Assembly (NCBI GenBank): GCA_963717525.1
Contig: OY970343.1
Coordinates: 480,001 to 544,000, forward strand
Source of the DNA: an uncultured Methanoregulaceae archaeon
GTDB taxonomy: Archaea > Halobacteriota > Methanomicrobia > Methanomicrobiales > Methanospirillaceae
DNA length: 64,000 bases
Direction: 5' to 3'
Shown: piece by piece, positions 24,560 through 33,976 of the stretch
Layout of the letters: each line of letters opens with the position of its first letter
Position numbering within the stretch: position 1 is the first letter of the stretch
Notes under the pieces: model-generated
The model's database searches: none
The model's input: the letters and a program-made list of their open reading frames with translations, nothing else
What the model was told of the DNA's origin: nothing
Translations under genes and position numbers: made by a program

Positions 24560-24847
24560 TTACAGCACATCCCGCAAGGCTGCAAGATTCTTTTCCAGTT
24601 TGTTGAGGATTTTTTCCCCGGCGTGGTTCTTTTTGCCGGAACTACTCGCACCCGGATTCTTTATAATCTCGTAATTTACAAAAATCCCGCAATCCGTGTC
24701 GAGATAAATATTATGACGAATCTGGGCATCCCGGAGATTATCAAAATCGGTGATTCCTTTCTGTGCCAGGATCTCGCGGATACGCTTTACTTTTCCGCGT
24801 TCATACGCATTCAGATTCTTTGACCCTTTTGGTCGTCCACGTGGCAT
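24560..24847 (-). CDS. Small basic protein with N-terminal AT-hook
   Basis: Starts MPRGRPKGSKN; lies in an AT-rich segment. Confidence 0.7.
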   Translation of the reverse strand: MPRGRPKGSKNLNAYERGKVKRIREILAQKGITDFDNLRDAQIRHNIYLDTDCGIFVNYEIIKNPGASSSGKKNHAGEKILNKLEKNLAALRDVL

Positions 24848-25011
24848 GATAAGAAATTAATTAGTTATGAATAAAAATTGTTTCTATTGCAATGAAATTA
24901 ATTTCAACAAAAACAGAATATTTCTCAAATGAGGACATAATCTCTGTCAACAAAAATGACATTGATTGTGGCATTCTACAATTCAGTAATAATTATGCAT
25001 AGTGAGGATTT

Positions 25012-25671
25012 ATGAACGATTCTGAATTAGCAAGTATTTTTAAGGATTTACAAAAAAAAGGTCAAATACATCCGAGTAGAGAAATTAAACCATCACCACA
25101 ACAGCATTGTTCATTTTTTTCTCATGCTCCATTGGATGGAATCCGAGAAATTCTCGTGTCAATTAAATTAAGTTCCTCTTATATAGGATATGACCGTAGA
25201 AAAATCGAATTTTTAGATGATAAAACATCAAGATTTGTTCTTCTTCATGAAGAAGGACATATGAGATATTTTATAGATAAACTAGATTGGGATGATAAAA
25301 AAATTGACCGAAAATCCATTCAATATACTCCCCAACTTTGGAGAGAGAATGAATTTAAAGCCGATAAATATGCCGCAAGGGGATTTTTAACAATTTATCC
25401 AGAAATTGATCCGTGTGAAACGATGCATATGTTATTCGAGGCCACTCGTAAATGTCGCGAAAAACATAAGATTTCTCCACTAACAAAAAAAATTCAGAAA
25501 TTATGGCGTAAACTTATGTGGGGGGTAGAAGATTATCATCCATCAAACGAAGAAAGAATTAAAAAAATTGAAGAATATCGCGATGAATGGAAAAACATTC
25601 GCGCCGTATCCAGCAGACGGGATGGAGATGTACCCGGTATCGGAGCGGGTGAACAGTCCCGCAGCGGATGA
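25012..25671 (+). CDS. Soluble M48/zincin-like metallopeptidase
   Basis: LLHEEGH, ENEFKADKYA and YHPSNEERI motifs; low GC. Confidence 0.75.
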   Translation: MNDSELASIFKDLQKKGQIHPSREIKPSPQQHCSFFSHAPLDGIREILVSIKLSSSYIGYDRRKIEFLDDKTSRFVLLHEEGHMRYFIDKLDWDDKKIDRKSIQYTPQLWRENEFKADKYAARGFLTIYPEIDPCETMHMLFEATRKCREKHKISPLTKKIQKLWRKLMWGVEDYHPSNEERIKKIEEYRDEWKNIRAVSSRRDGDVPGIGAGEQSRSG

Positions 25672-25857
25672 CGAGCGAGTGATTGAAAGAGTGAGGGGAT
25701 TGTGATAAACCCGGGGCGCCGGGATTATCCCCCCATCCCGGTAATCACCCCCACCACCTGCTGCGCCATCGGATCCAGAACCCGATCTAGGACTAACCCT
25801 GCACAATCCTCATTAACCCGGCCCCGGTAATATTCCCTACAGGAGTACCCTCTCACC

Positions 25858-27945
25858 ATGACACGCACCCTGCTCTCCGAAGCCGAAGGCTACGAACTGC
25901 TGAACCACTATGGGATCCCGGTGCCCCGCTACGCGGTCGTCCGGACTGCAGACGAGGCGGGGCCTGCAGCAGAGGAGATTGGTTTCCCGCTGGTGGCAAA
26001 GATCGTATCACCGCAGGTCGTCCATAAGAGCGACGCAGGCGGCGTTGTGACCGGCATCGCGTCAGCTGCGGCCGCTCAGGAGGCATTTGCTGCTATTACC
26101 GTAAGCGTCCGGGCGGCATATCCCGGTGCCGATATCAGGGGAATCATCCTCGAAAAGCAGCAGGAGGCCGGCCTCGAACTGATTGTCGGGGGAAAAACCG
26201 ACCCTTCATTTGGGAAAGCGCTCACGATTGGCATGGGTGGCACGCTCGTGGAGCTGATCAGGGACGTCGCGATCCGGCTCCTTCCGGCGAGCGATGATGC
26301 GATCCGCTCCATGATCCACAGCCTCCGGGGGTATCCCCTGATCGCCGGGTTCAGGAACAAGACCCCCCGGGATGAGGCTGCACTCCTGGCCATTGCCGGG
26401 GCGCTGGGGCGCATGTTCCTCGAACATCCCGAGATCCAGGAGTTCGACATCAACCCGGTCATCCTGTACGGCAAGGGGGGATGCGTGGTGGATGCACGCA
26501 TCTACACCGATGATTCAGCAGGACTGGTTCAGGGGGAAGCAGAAAGTGTGGCGCTGCCGGACAACCTGTTTACGTTCCGGTCAGTCGCCGTAGTCGGCGC
26601 TTCACAGAATCCCGACAAAGTCGGGTACGCCATCTGCCGGAACATGCTCGGTTTTTCCGGCACACTCTACCCGGTCAACCCCAACAGCGCCGCGATCCTG
26701 GGAAGGACCGCGTATCCATCGCTTACCGCGATACCGGGGCAGGTGGATGCGGCAGTGGTAGCGATTCCTGCCGCAGGAGTGCCTGCCATCGTAGAAGAGG
26801 CAGGGAAAAAGAAGATCCCGCTGGTGATTATTGTCTCGTCCGGTTTCCGCGAGACCGGGCCGGCGGGAAAGGCGCTCGAGGACCAGGTGCTTGCCACCGC
26901 ACGGAAGTACGGGATCCGGGTCATGGGCCCCAACTGCCTCGGGTTTATGCTCCCAAAGGTAGGAATCAACACGACATTTGACCCGGTCTCCCCCAGGGCC
27001 GGTTCCATCGCGTTCATCTCGCAGAGCGGGGCGATCATCACCACGATCGTGGACTGGAGTCTTCCCGAAGAAATCGGATTTTCTGCGGTGATCTCGGTGG
27101 GAAACCAACTGGATCTCACCTTCGAAGACTTCATTCAATGGACCGGTACTGATCCTGCCACAAACGCGATCATCCTGTATGTTGAGGAGATCCGTAACGG
27201 CCGGCGTTTCATGGATTTTGTGAGCCGCATCACGCCGGTCAAACCCGTGATCGTCATAAAATCGGGGTCGTCAACGATCGGGCAGAAAGCCGCATCATCG
27301 CACACGGGTTCCCTCGCCGGCAGTTCTGAGGTATACCTGGCAGCGTTCCGGCAGGCAGGGATGATCCCGGTCCGGTCGATCCGGGAGGCGTTCCAGGTCG
27401 CAGAACTCCTCGCATCTGAAGGGTACCCGGCAGGTACGCGGGCGGTCGTAATCTCAAATGCCGGCGGGTTTGCGGTGCTCTCCTCGGATTATGCAGAACG
27501 GTTCGGGATCGAACTGGTGGAATTCCCTGATGCCCTTACCCGGGAACTGGACGCAGTGCTCCCCCCCAACTGGAGCCGTGAAAACCCGATTGACATGGTC
27601 GGCGATTCCCACCCGGACCAGTATGCAAAGACATTCGATGTGATGATCCGGCACCAGGATCTCTGGGACATTGCATTCGTGATTGCAGTGCCGACGGCAA
27701 TTTCCAATCCCATCAGGGTGGCAAACGAAGTGATCCGGTTCTCAACGCACACGAAAAAGATGATCGTGGGCTGCATGATTGGCGGGGATTCCATGAAAAC
27801 ACCGCAGAGGATTCTCCGGGAGGCTAAGATCCCCAACTTCCCCGACCTTGAGGATGCGTTCCGTGCCGTGGGAAACATCTGCCGGTACACGTGCCGGAAT
27901 GCAAATGGCCACCCCGGGTGCCAGAAGGAGCCCCCCAAACCCTGA
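25858..27945 (+). CDS. ADP-forming acetate/acyl--CoA ligase (ATP-grasp domain first)
   Basis: HKSDAGGV, VAVVGAS, GPNCLG, SQSGA, phospho-His SHTGSLAG, NPIDM. Confidence 0.92.
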   Translation: MTRTLLSEAEGYELLNHYGIPVPRYAVVRTADEAGPAAEEIGFPLVAKIVSPQVVHKSDAGGVVTGIASAAAAQEAFAAITVSVRAAYPGADIRGIILEKQQEAGLELIVGGKTDPSFGKALTIGMGGTLVELIRDVAIRLLPASDDAIRSMIHSLRGYPLIAGFRNKTPRDEAALLAIAGALGRMFLEHPEIQEFDINPVILYGKGGCVVDARIYTDDSAGLVQGEAESVALPDNLFTFRSVAVVGASQNPDKVGYAICRNMLGFSGTLYPVNPNSAAILGRTAYPSLTAIPGQVDAAVVAIPAAGVPAIVEEAGKKKIPLVIIVSSGFRETGPAGKALEDQVLATARKYGIRVMGPNCLGFMLPKVGINTTFDPVSPRAGSIAFISQSGAIITTIVDWSLPEEIGFSAVISVGNQLDLTFEDFIQWTGTDPATNAIILYVEEIRNGRRFMDFVSRITPVKPVIVIKSGSSTIGQKAASSHTGSLAGSSEVYLAAFRQAGMIPVRSIREAFQVAELLASEGYPAGTRAVVISNAGGFAVLSSDYAERFGIELVEFPDALTRELDAVLPPNWSRENPIDMVGDSHPDQYAKTFDVMIRHQDLWDIAFVIAVPTAISNPIRVANEVIRFSTHTKKMIVGCMIGGDSMKTPQRILREAKIPNFPDLEDAFRAVGNICRYTCRNANGHPGCQKEPPKP

Positions 27946-28018
27946 AGGGTGGACGTCCCGCCGACTCTAACTCACGCCATCCTACCATCATATATACCCG
28001 CGGGGTGCACCCTCACGT

Positions 28019-28504
28019 ATGACTCTTCGCCAGCTCCTTGGCCCGGCACTTCTCTTAGTGCTGGTTCTTGCGGTCGCCGGCTGTACCCAGCCGGTACCTC
28101 TTCCCGTTCCTTCAACTCCCACCCCAACCGTGGCTGTGACCCCGGCCGCGACAACGACACTCCCGGATTCGGCCACCCCCGAGCCGACAGGGTCCCTGCC
28201 CTCCTACTGGAGCGTCAATGTCCAGGCCCAGAGCAACGGCCAGGCAATAAACCCGCAGATCACCATCACCTTCCGGGGCGGTATGGGTCAGAGCCTCATC
28301 CCCCGGATCGAACTCAAGGTCACACGGTCCGATGGCGTTGTTGAGACCGGTGAGATGGACCAGCCACTCACCATAGGTCAGAGCGTCACCTTTGCCGCTA
28401 CCACGGGCTATCAGGACCGGGCCGAGGCATGGGCGATCACCCCGCAGGGAGATGCCGTCAAGATCCTTGACCAGTATGTACCGTTCCGGTCCTATAACTC
28501 CTGA
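28019..28504 (+). CDS. Putative lipoprotein with Pro/Thr linker
   Basis: Lipobox VAGC after a hydrophobic stretch. Confidence 0.7.
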   Translation: MTLRQLLGPALLLVLVLAVAGCTQPVPLPVPSTPTPTVAVTPAATTTLPDSATPEPTGSLPSYWSVNVQAQSNGQAINPQITITFRGGMGQSLIPRIELKVTRSDGVVETGEMDQPLTIGQSVTFAATTGYQDRAEAWAITPQGDAVKILDQYVPFRSYNS

Positions 28505-28580
28505 AGACCGGTTCCGCGAAAACCGGGGAACCATATATCCATTTTTTAAAATTGCAAGCGATCGAATCGATTATTTTCCG

Positions 28581-28708
28581 GAATCTTCAGCGTGTGACCC
28601 GTACTTTTTTGAGAATTCTCAAGCTGCTGAGCCGGATTTTTTTGGAAATCTTCAGCTGCCAAATCGAACTTTTTCCGGAATTGTCAGCTCCTGACCCGGA
28701 CTTTTCCG
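28581..28708. repeat. Four degenerate ~32-bp tandem units
   Basis: Approximate consensus GAATyyTCAGCTGCTGACCCGGACTTTTTCCG; units start at 28581, 28613, 28646 and 28678. Confidence 0.6.
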
Positions 28709-28758
28709 GAAAACTTTGGGCCGGGCAGTAGGCCTTATGATTGTACAATGGGGATATC

Positions 28759-28834
28759 GTGGGGGCTGTCGCCCCCACACCCCCGTGTGAGGATTGCTTG
28801 CCGCCGCCCCCGACGGGGCACCCCCGCGGCGGCA
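28759..28834. repeat. GC-rich double-hairpin intergenic element (REP-like)
   Basis: GTGGGGGC-TGTC-GCCCCCAC and TGCCGCCGC...GCGGCGGCA. Confidence 0.6.
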
Positions 28835-29279
28835 CCGTTACGGTTGACGCGGGATGCAGGTAATCTGCCCGAAAGAACCGAGAAGGAGGAGGATTTGCGA
28901 ATGAGATTGTCCAAATCTTTACTCCAAAATAAGCCCGTAAAACCGTCCGATTCTAGTGAAAATAAAATAGAGCCCGTATAACACCTCTTTTTCCAAAACA
29001 CTCCAAAATTGAGCCCCATATAATGCCCGTAAACGGCCCATAGACGCGTTCCGGCGGCCTCTTTTTCCGGGATCGATCAAATGCTTGTTTGGCCTGAGAT
29101 CGGGTCAGGAATCGCGAATATGAGAACCTTTTAATTTGTCCGTTTGCAAAAATACGGCTGATTTGGGCTTATTTTTAAACGGGGCCCATATCGGGCTCCG
29201 ATTGGATCCTAAAAAGGGGGATCCGGGCTCAATACAGGCCCGGATTAGTGTAACTCAGATCGGGTGAATGGGGGATGCC

Positions 29280-29371
29280 GGTGCTGTTGGGTTAACGGGA
29301 CTTAACGAAAATGAAATCGTCGTAACCCGTCGATGTTGACTATTTAAAAGTCCCGACAACGCAACAGAACC
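29280..29371. mobile_element. ~92-bp MITE-like element with IS6-like ends
   Basis: Left end GGTGCTGTTGGGTTAACGGGACTT; right end (reverse complement) GGTTCTGTTGCGTTGTCGGGACTT. Confidence 0.6.
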
Positions 29372-29407
29372 CGGAAAAATAAAAAATAGTCTCAAGTGAC
29401 TCACTTA

Positions 29408-29809
29408 TCAGATCTTTTTTCCCGCGTTCGGGCCGGGGGTGCATTCAAATATCTCGGTGATGGCGAGCACAAGCAGCCCCTTTGCCGGGTACTGGGGGCC
29501 TTTTGCTTTGATCTGAGCCCTTTCCTTTTCATAATCGGGCCCGCTTGTCTTTACCGTGACCGACCCCTTGATCTGGAAACAGCGCTTCTTTTCCGGCTCC
29601 CAGAAATAGATCGCCATATGGGGATTCTCTTTTACGTTTGCAAGGGTTTTATTCAAGAAGTTGTCGCCCAGCCAGATGGTGTCATCAGACACCAGTTGGA
29701 CAGAGCCCATCGGTGCGACATTGGGTATGCCGGCCTTTGATGCGGTGGCGATGGCAAAGATCTTGTTCTTTGAAAACACCTCTTTCATCTCTGCGGTTAG
29801 TTTAACCAT
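29408..29809 (-). CDS. Pyridoxamine 5'-phosphate oxidase-like FMN-binding protein
   Basis: IATASKAGIPNVAP, DNFLNKTLANVKENP, FQIKG, TPGPNAGK. Confidence 0.88.
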   Translation of the reverse strand: MVKLTAEMKEVFSKNKIFAIATASKAGIPNVAPMGSVQLVSDDTIWLGDNFLNKTLANVKENPHMAIYFWEPEKKRCFQIKGSVTVKTSGPDYEKERAQIKAKGPQYPAKGLLVLAITEIFECTPGPNAGKKI

Positions 29810-29902
29810 TTATTTCACCTCGGTTGTGCTTCCAGGCGGTTTCTGCCGTCACACTTTCATATAACATTAGTACATTTATGCTTTACGGAGTGGGTGGGCT
29901 AG

Positions 29903-30356
29903 GTCATGATGTTACGCCATCAATTTCTGCCCTTGGGGGTCTTTCGAATCGCTGCGGAACCTGCCCATTCAGGACAAAGGCGTCCCTTTCTGCCTTGGTC
30001 CATCCGATGAACCGTGAAGGGACCTTTACCGGGAACGCCACCTTGGAGGCCGCCGGTCGGGATGCTACCGAGTTTCGCTCGTTATTTTGCTGTACCGTAT
30101 CGGCATTCTGTCCGGGTTCATCTGAATTTTGCTTCACCGGTGAATGGGTCGGTGAAAGCCCCAACATGGACCGCAAGACGTCATCAATGTTCCGCGCCCT
30201 GGTTATATTCTTCCGCTCGACAAGAAGCCGGTATACTTCCGCTGATACTTTCAGGTCTTTGATTTCACTCATAGGTTATCCTTCGCGACATTCCCCACAG
30301 GGTCTTCACGGATCGGGAAGTGAGGTGCGGATCACATTGGCCCTGAGATCCTTAAG
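29903..30356. repeat. Copy 2 of the ~455 bp direct duplication
   Basis: Matches 21067-21522. Confidence 0.92.
29904..30272 (-). CDS. Hypothetical protein with RHH/antitoxin-like N-terminus (copy 2)
   Basis: 122 aa, nearly identical to 21068-21436. Confidence 0.7.
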   Translation of the reverse strand: MSEIKDLKVSAEVYRLLVERKNITRARNIDDVLRSMLGLSPTHSPVKQNSDEPGQNADTVQQNNERNSVASRPAASKVAFPVKVPSRFIGWTKAERDAFVLNGQVPQRFERPPRAEIDGVTS

Positions 30357-30822
30357 ACTCATGCCATGCCACAGGACCACAACCGGTTCAGCGGGCAGAT
30401 CATGATCGTGATCTGTCACTCACCACGTCAAAATCCGGGAACAGCATCTCAGTGTGGCAATAAATTCAGGTTCAGCCGGGTCGGCTATTGCCTGGACCCG
30501 GTACTCCTTGCTTGTCTGTTCACCAGTCATAAGAAACTTCTCAAAGAATTGTCGGATCACATCAGGATCTTTCGGCTTGTACTTGCTTGAAGGCCGGAAA
30601 AACCCTGTATTTCGTAACCATCACCCGAAACATGCTCCTTGCATTTGCCTGATAGCTCTGTCGAGTCTTCGGGTGGTTGCATTAAGCCTTCGTCGAGGAA
30701 AATATGTCGCCACCCGCAGACTTTACAGAGCCTTACAAATTGCCATTATCATCTGGGAAATCAATGAGTTGCCTCCCTCTAAAAGTCTTTACTAATCATA
30801 GTCCGTTTTTCAAAAAAATCTC

Positions 30823-32502
30823 TTACAGCGTGATCTTCTTTAATATCAGCCCACCTTTGAAGATCGTGATCCCGCCGCCACTCTGGGAGACGACGATGCC
30901 CACGGCCTGGGTCACGCTCGTGATCGCGGCAACTGAGTTGTGCCGTGTCCCCATACCCTTGGGGAGCGTCACCCTGCTTGAGTCCACCGTGATGTACCGT
31001 CCCGAGGCTTCGATAAACCCGTCACCTGAAACCACGAATGCCCCGTCGAGCTGGGCGAACTCCTTAATATTCTCCTTGAGATCGGGGTTTGTCACCATGC
31101 GCATCTCGGGGATATGACCCTCGAAGGCATTGAGCATGATCTGGCGGGACTTGGCAAGCACATTCTTTGTGTCACCAATCAAAAAGGTCGTGCCGACCGC
31201 TTTTCCTTCCCTGCCCTCGATCGAGATCTCGGTACAGATATGGAAGACGGAATCAAAGACCTCCTCCCGCACATCGGTATCGGCGACGACCTGGTCTTTC
31301 CAGGTATCGGTGCTGATCCGCACCTCTCCGGTCTGTTTCCGGTCGGTGATGTCATGACCGATGCAGAGCACTTCGACGATGTGGCCCTGCTGGTCGCGGA
31401 TCGCCTTGTTGATCCATGCGATCCAGACGATATCCCCGTTCCTGCGGATATTCTCGCTGACATTGATCGCATACCCTTCAGCGTTGAACCCCAGGTCATT
31501 TGCCATCATCGAGAGATCGTGGCTGCCCCGGTTCTTCTCCGGCGCGATCGTCCCGACCACGTTTTTCCCGATGAGTCCGGCTTCGGGGTAATCGAAGAAT
31601 GCTGCCGCGTAGGTATTGACATAGGTAATGGTGCCCTGCATATCCAGTCGCACGATGATGCTCTGGGCGTTCTTCATCATCTCCCGGTACTTCGCCTCGC
31701 TCTCCTTGAGGGCATCCCGCATCTTTTTCTTGTCGGAGATATCGGTGACGACCACCGTGCCGCCTTTCTTCGCATCCAGCGGGTCAAGGAGCCGGGCCTG
31801 GAGGGTGCAGGGGATGATACTTCCGCCGGGGCGGACGAGTTCGCAGTCTGCACACCCGTTCCCGAGGACATCCCGGTGGATTTGGAGATCCCGGCAGACC
31901 TGCCCGAACTCCTCTTCGGTCCTGAAAAGAGAGCGTACCGGTTTTCCTACGATGGCAGATTCAGGGCCCCCAAGAAGGGCCGCGAGCGGGTGGTTGATCC
32001 ACTCAATCGTGGCGTTGCGCATCTGGAATATCCCCAGCGGCGTTGCCGAGAGGATCGCGGTCAGCTGGTCGTTCTGCAGTTTAACATCGCGCTCCGATTT
32101 TTTGCGCAGTGCTGCCTGCTTGATGAGCGTGACGAGATCTGCCGCCGGCGAACGCAGGTCCGCGGTGCGGGGGAGGATAATCTCCGTGCCATTGCTGACC
32201 TCCTCGAATGCCACCCGGCTCTCACCCTTCCGGTGGAAGATGATGACCGGCGTGGGGTTTCCCATGGAACGGAGATAGCGCAAAAATCCGATGCCGTCCA
32301 TATCGGAGACAAACTCTATCCCGTTGACCGGTGAAACATCCTCGTAACAGACGATAACGTCATAGGCCCGGCTCTTGAGCTTCTCGATCGCCTGCTTGGT
32401 GGAGGCCACCGACTCCAGGCGCACCTCGCCGGTTTTTTCAAGGACCGGCCGGAACTGCGCAAGGAAATCGGTATTGTCATCGATAAACAGGACGGATATC
32501 AT
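30823..32502 (-). CDS. REC-PAS-PAS-diadenylate cyclase (DisA_N/DacZ-type catalytic domain)
   Basis: N-terminal VLFIDD receiver fold; two PAS/PAC units (DISDKK, HDITDRK); [27 protein letters not shown]. Confidence 0.88.
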   Translation of the reverse strand: MISVLFIDDNTDFLAQFRPVLEKTGEVRLESVASTKQAIEKLKSRAYDVIVCYEDVSPVNGIEFVSDMDGIGFLRYLRSMGNPTPVIIFHRKGESRVAFEEVSNGTEIILPRTADLRSPAADLVTLIKQAALRKKSERDVKLQNDQLTAILSATPLGIFQMRNATIEWINHPLAALLGGPESAIVGKPVRSLFRTEEEFGQVCRDLQIHRDVLGNGCADCELVRPGGSIIPCTLQARLLDPLDAKKGGTVVVTDISDKKKMRDALKESEAKYREMMKNAQSIIVRLDMQGTITYVNTYAAAFFDYPEAGLIGKNVVGTIAPEKNRGSHDLSMMANDLGFNAEGYAINVSENIRRNGDIVWIAWINKAIRDQQGHIVEVLCIGHDITDRKQTGEVRISTDTWKDQVVADTDVREEVFDSVFHICTEISIEGREGKAVGTTFLIGDTKNVLAKSRQIMLNAFEGHIPEMRMVTNPDLKENIKEFAQLDGAFVVSGDGFIEASGRYITVDSSRVTLPKGMGTRHNSVAAITSVTQAVGIVVSQSGGGITIFKGGLILKKITL

Positions 32503-32663
32503 CAGGCACTCGCGAACCGGGGTTTTCACCTGTGGTGTATACTTATGATCTGGATGGTGTTGAAATAAATAGTTGACTCTATGGCGGGGAAATTGCCGAT
32601 TTGGCGCAATTTACGGCCGGAATACCCGTTGTCCCGAATCAGACGGCCCGGACTGGCAGGGAT

Positions 32664-33191
32664 CTATTCAGTTGAGTCACCAGTCTTCCCCTCGTCAACT
32701 CCTTCCACCCCGGTGGAGCCTTCACCGGCACCGAAATCCCCGGTAACAAGCCAGAAACCGGTGACGAGAATGAGCGGGACACCGACAGGAACGGAAGATC
32801 CGTGGCCGTTTGCAAGGGTTGGCCCGTACTCTACGATCATGGCGGCAAAAAAGAGCACGCCGCAGGTGACCGTGAGTATTCCCGCGGGCCGTACCAGGCA
32901 GGTTGTGCGCCGTACGGCGGCAATGCCAAGAGCGATGACCGCGGCGACGAGAAGAACCGCCCCGGTGATCCAGAGGATGGTCGAGTACGCACTTGAACCC
33001 CGCAGGATACCGTCGGCCACATACATGAAATCCTTATGGATGAGGATCAGGCTGTTTCCAAGGTAACTCTGCTGGTACCGGAAAAGGGCCCACTGCACGC
33101 CGTGTGCGAGATCGTTGCCGATGACATAGATATTGAGCGGTACAAAAAAGAGCAGGCATTCGCAGATGAGCGGCAGGGTGAGACGGGTCAT
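32664..33191 (-). CDS. Hypothetical membrane protein
   Basis: Several hydrophobic segments; co-oriented in the gene run. Confidence 0.65.
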   Translation of the reverse strand: MTRLTLPLICECLLFFVPLNIYVIGNDLAHGVQWALFRYQQSYLGNSLILIHKDFMYVADGILRGSSAYSTILWITGAVLLVAAVIALGIAAVRRTTCLVRPAGILTVTCGVLFFAAMIVEYGPTLANGHGSSVPVGVPLILVTGFWLVTGDFGAGEGSTGVEGVDEGKTGDSTE

Positions 33192-33243
33192 GAGAGGAAA
33201 AACAGATGGTTGTGAAAGATCCCGGGGGATAAGGAAGGACCGG

Positions 33244-33588
33244 TCACTGGTTACTGCTCCCGACAATGGCAAGCTGGTACATCCAGTCCATTAAGGGGTG
33301 GCATTCGTTCACGACGCATTCAAGGTCGCACGCGATGCAGGGGATCAGTTCGTCGCCGGCGAGCAGGTTCTCGGGACAGACCGGCTGCCGTTTTGCCTTG
33401 AGGAGATAGGTCTTGATCCCGTCTTTTTTGAAATCAGTACGGTCGATAAGCCCGTTCTCTTCAAGTTTTTTGACGATCCTCGAACATTTCCGGCTGTCAA
33501 CACCGAGTTCTTTCCAGAGCTCGCTCTGGAGGATGCCCTCGGGGCGTGACTGGATCAGGGTGAATGCTTCGTCTTCAGGTTCCGGCAT
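33244..33588 (-). CDS. wHTH protein with Cys cluster, TFE-beta/RPC34-like
   Basis: GILQSELWKELGVDSRKCSRIVKKLEENGLI and C-terminal PCIAC...C....C..L..W. Confidence 0.7.
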   Translation of the reverse strand: MPEPEDEAFTLIQSRPEGILQSELWKELGVDSRKCSRIVKKLEENGLIDRTDFKKDGIKTYLLKAKRQPVCPENLLAGDELIPCIACDLECVVNECHPLMDWMYQLAIVGSSNQ

Positions 33589-33611
33589 CGCTGGTTCTTC
33601 TCCTTTTACCC

Positions 33612-33848
33612 TCAGAAGACCGGGGCAATGGTAAGAATATTATTGCCCCGGATGACGACCGTGCCCAGACTTCGCCCGCGCTCGTTGTTGACGAACTCGA
33701 TCGTCTCGTCCATATGGATATTGAGATACTCGTCTACTGCTACAAGCCGGCCCTGCAGCTTGCGCCCCTCATCCTTGATCTCGACCATGATCTTAGAATC
33801 TACGAGGGCAAACACTTTCTTTATTGGCAAAACAATTCCGTTAACCAT
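33612..33848 (-). CDS. Sm-like (Lsm/SmAP) RNA-binding protein
   Basis: GRLVAVDEYLNI (Sm1) and VVIRGNNI (Sm2). Confidence 0.92.
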   Translation of the reverse strand: MVNGIVLPIKKVFALVDSKIMVEIKDEGRKLQGRLVAVDEYLNIHMDETIEFVNNERGRSLGTVVIRGNNILTIAPVF

Positions 33849-33976
33849 CTGTCCTGATTTGGGTCGTAAGATAATTAAAGTTTGCGAGTGGATAAAAAAG
33901 GAGTATCTCCCGTCTTCGCGGCGGGATTTTATCGCATGTCCCCCCGGTTTCTCGCTGTTTCCGTGAACCTGAACCA

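Noticed and set aside
28581..28708. Possible CRISPR array
   Set aside because: Units are contiguous and degenerate with no unique spacers, and there are no cas genes in the window
24472..29371. One composite transposon bounded by inward-facing IS6-like ends
   Set aside because: No transposase inside, no target duplication seen, the 29371 arm has its own partner at 29280, and the interval holds a housekeeping-like acyl-CoA ligase
30454..30795. Possible gene between the duplicated ORF and the DAC gene
   Set aside because: Only broken minus-strand fragments (e.g. CKVCGW..., KPKDPDVIRQFFEKF) with no recognisable family
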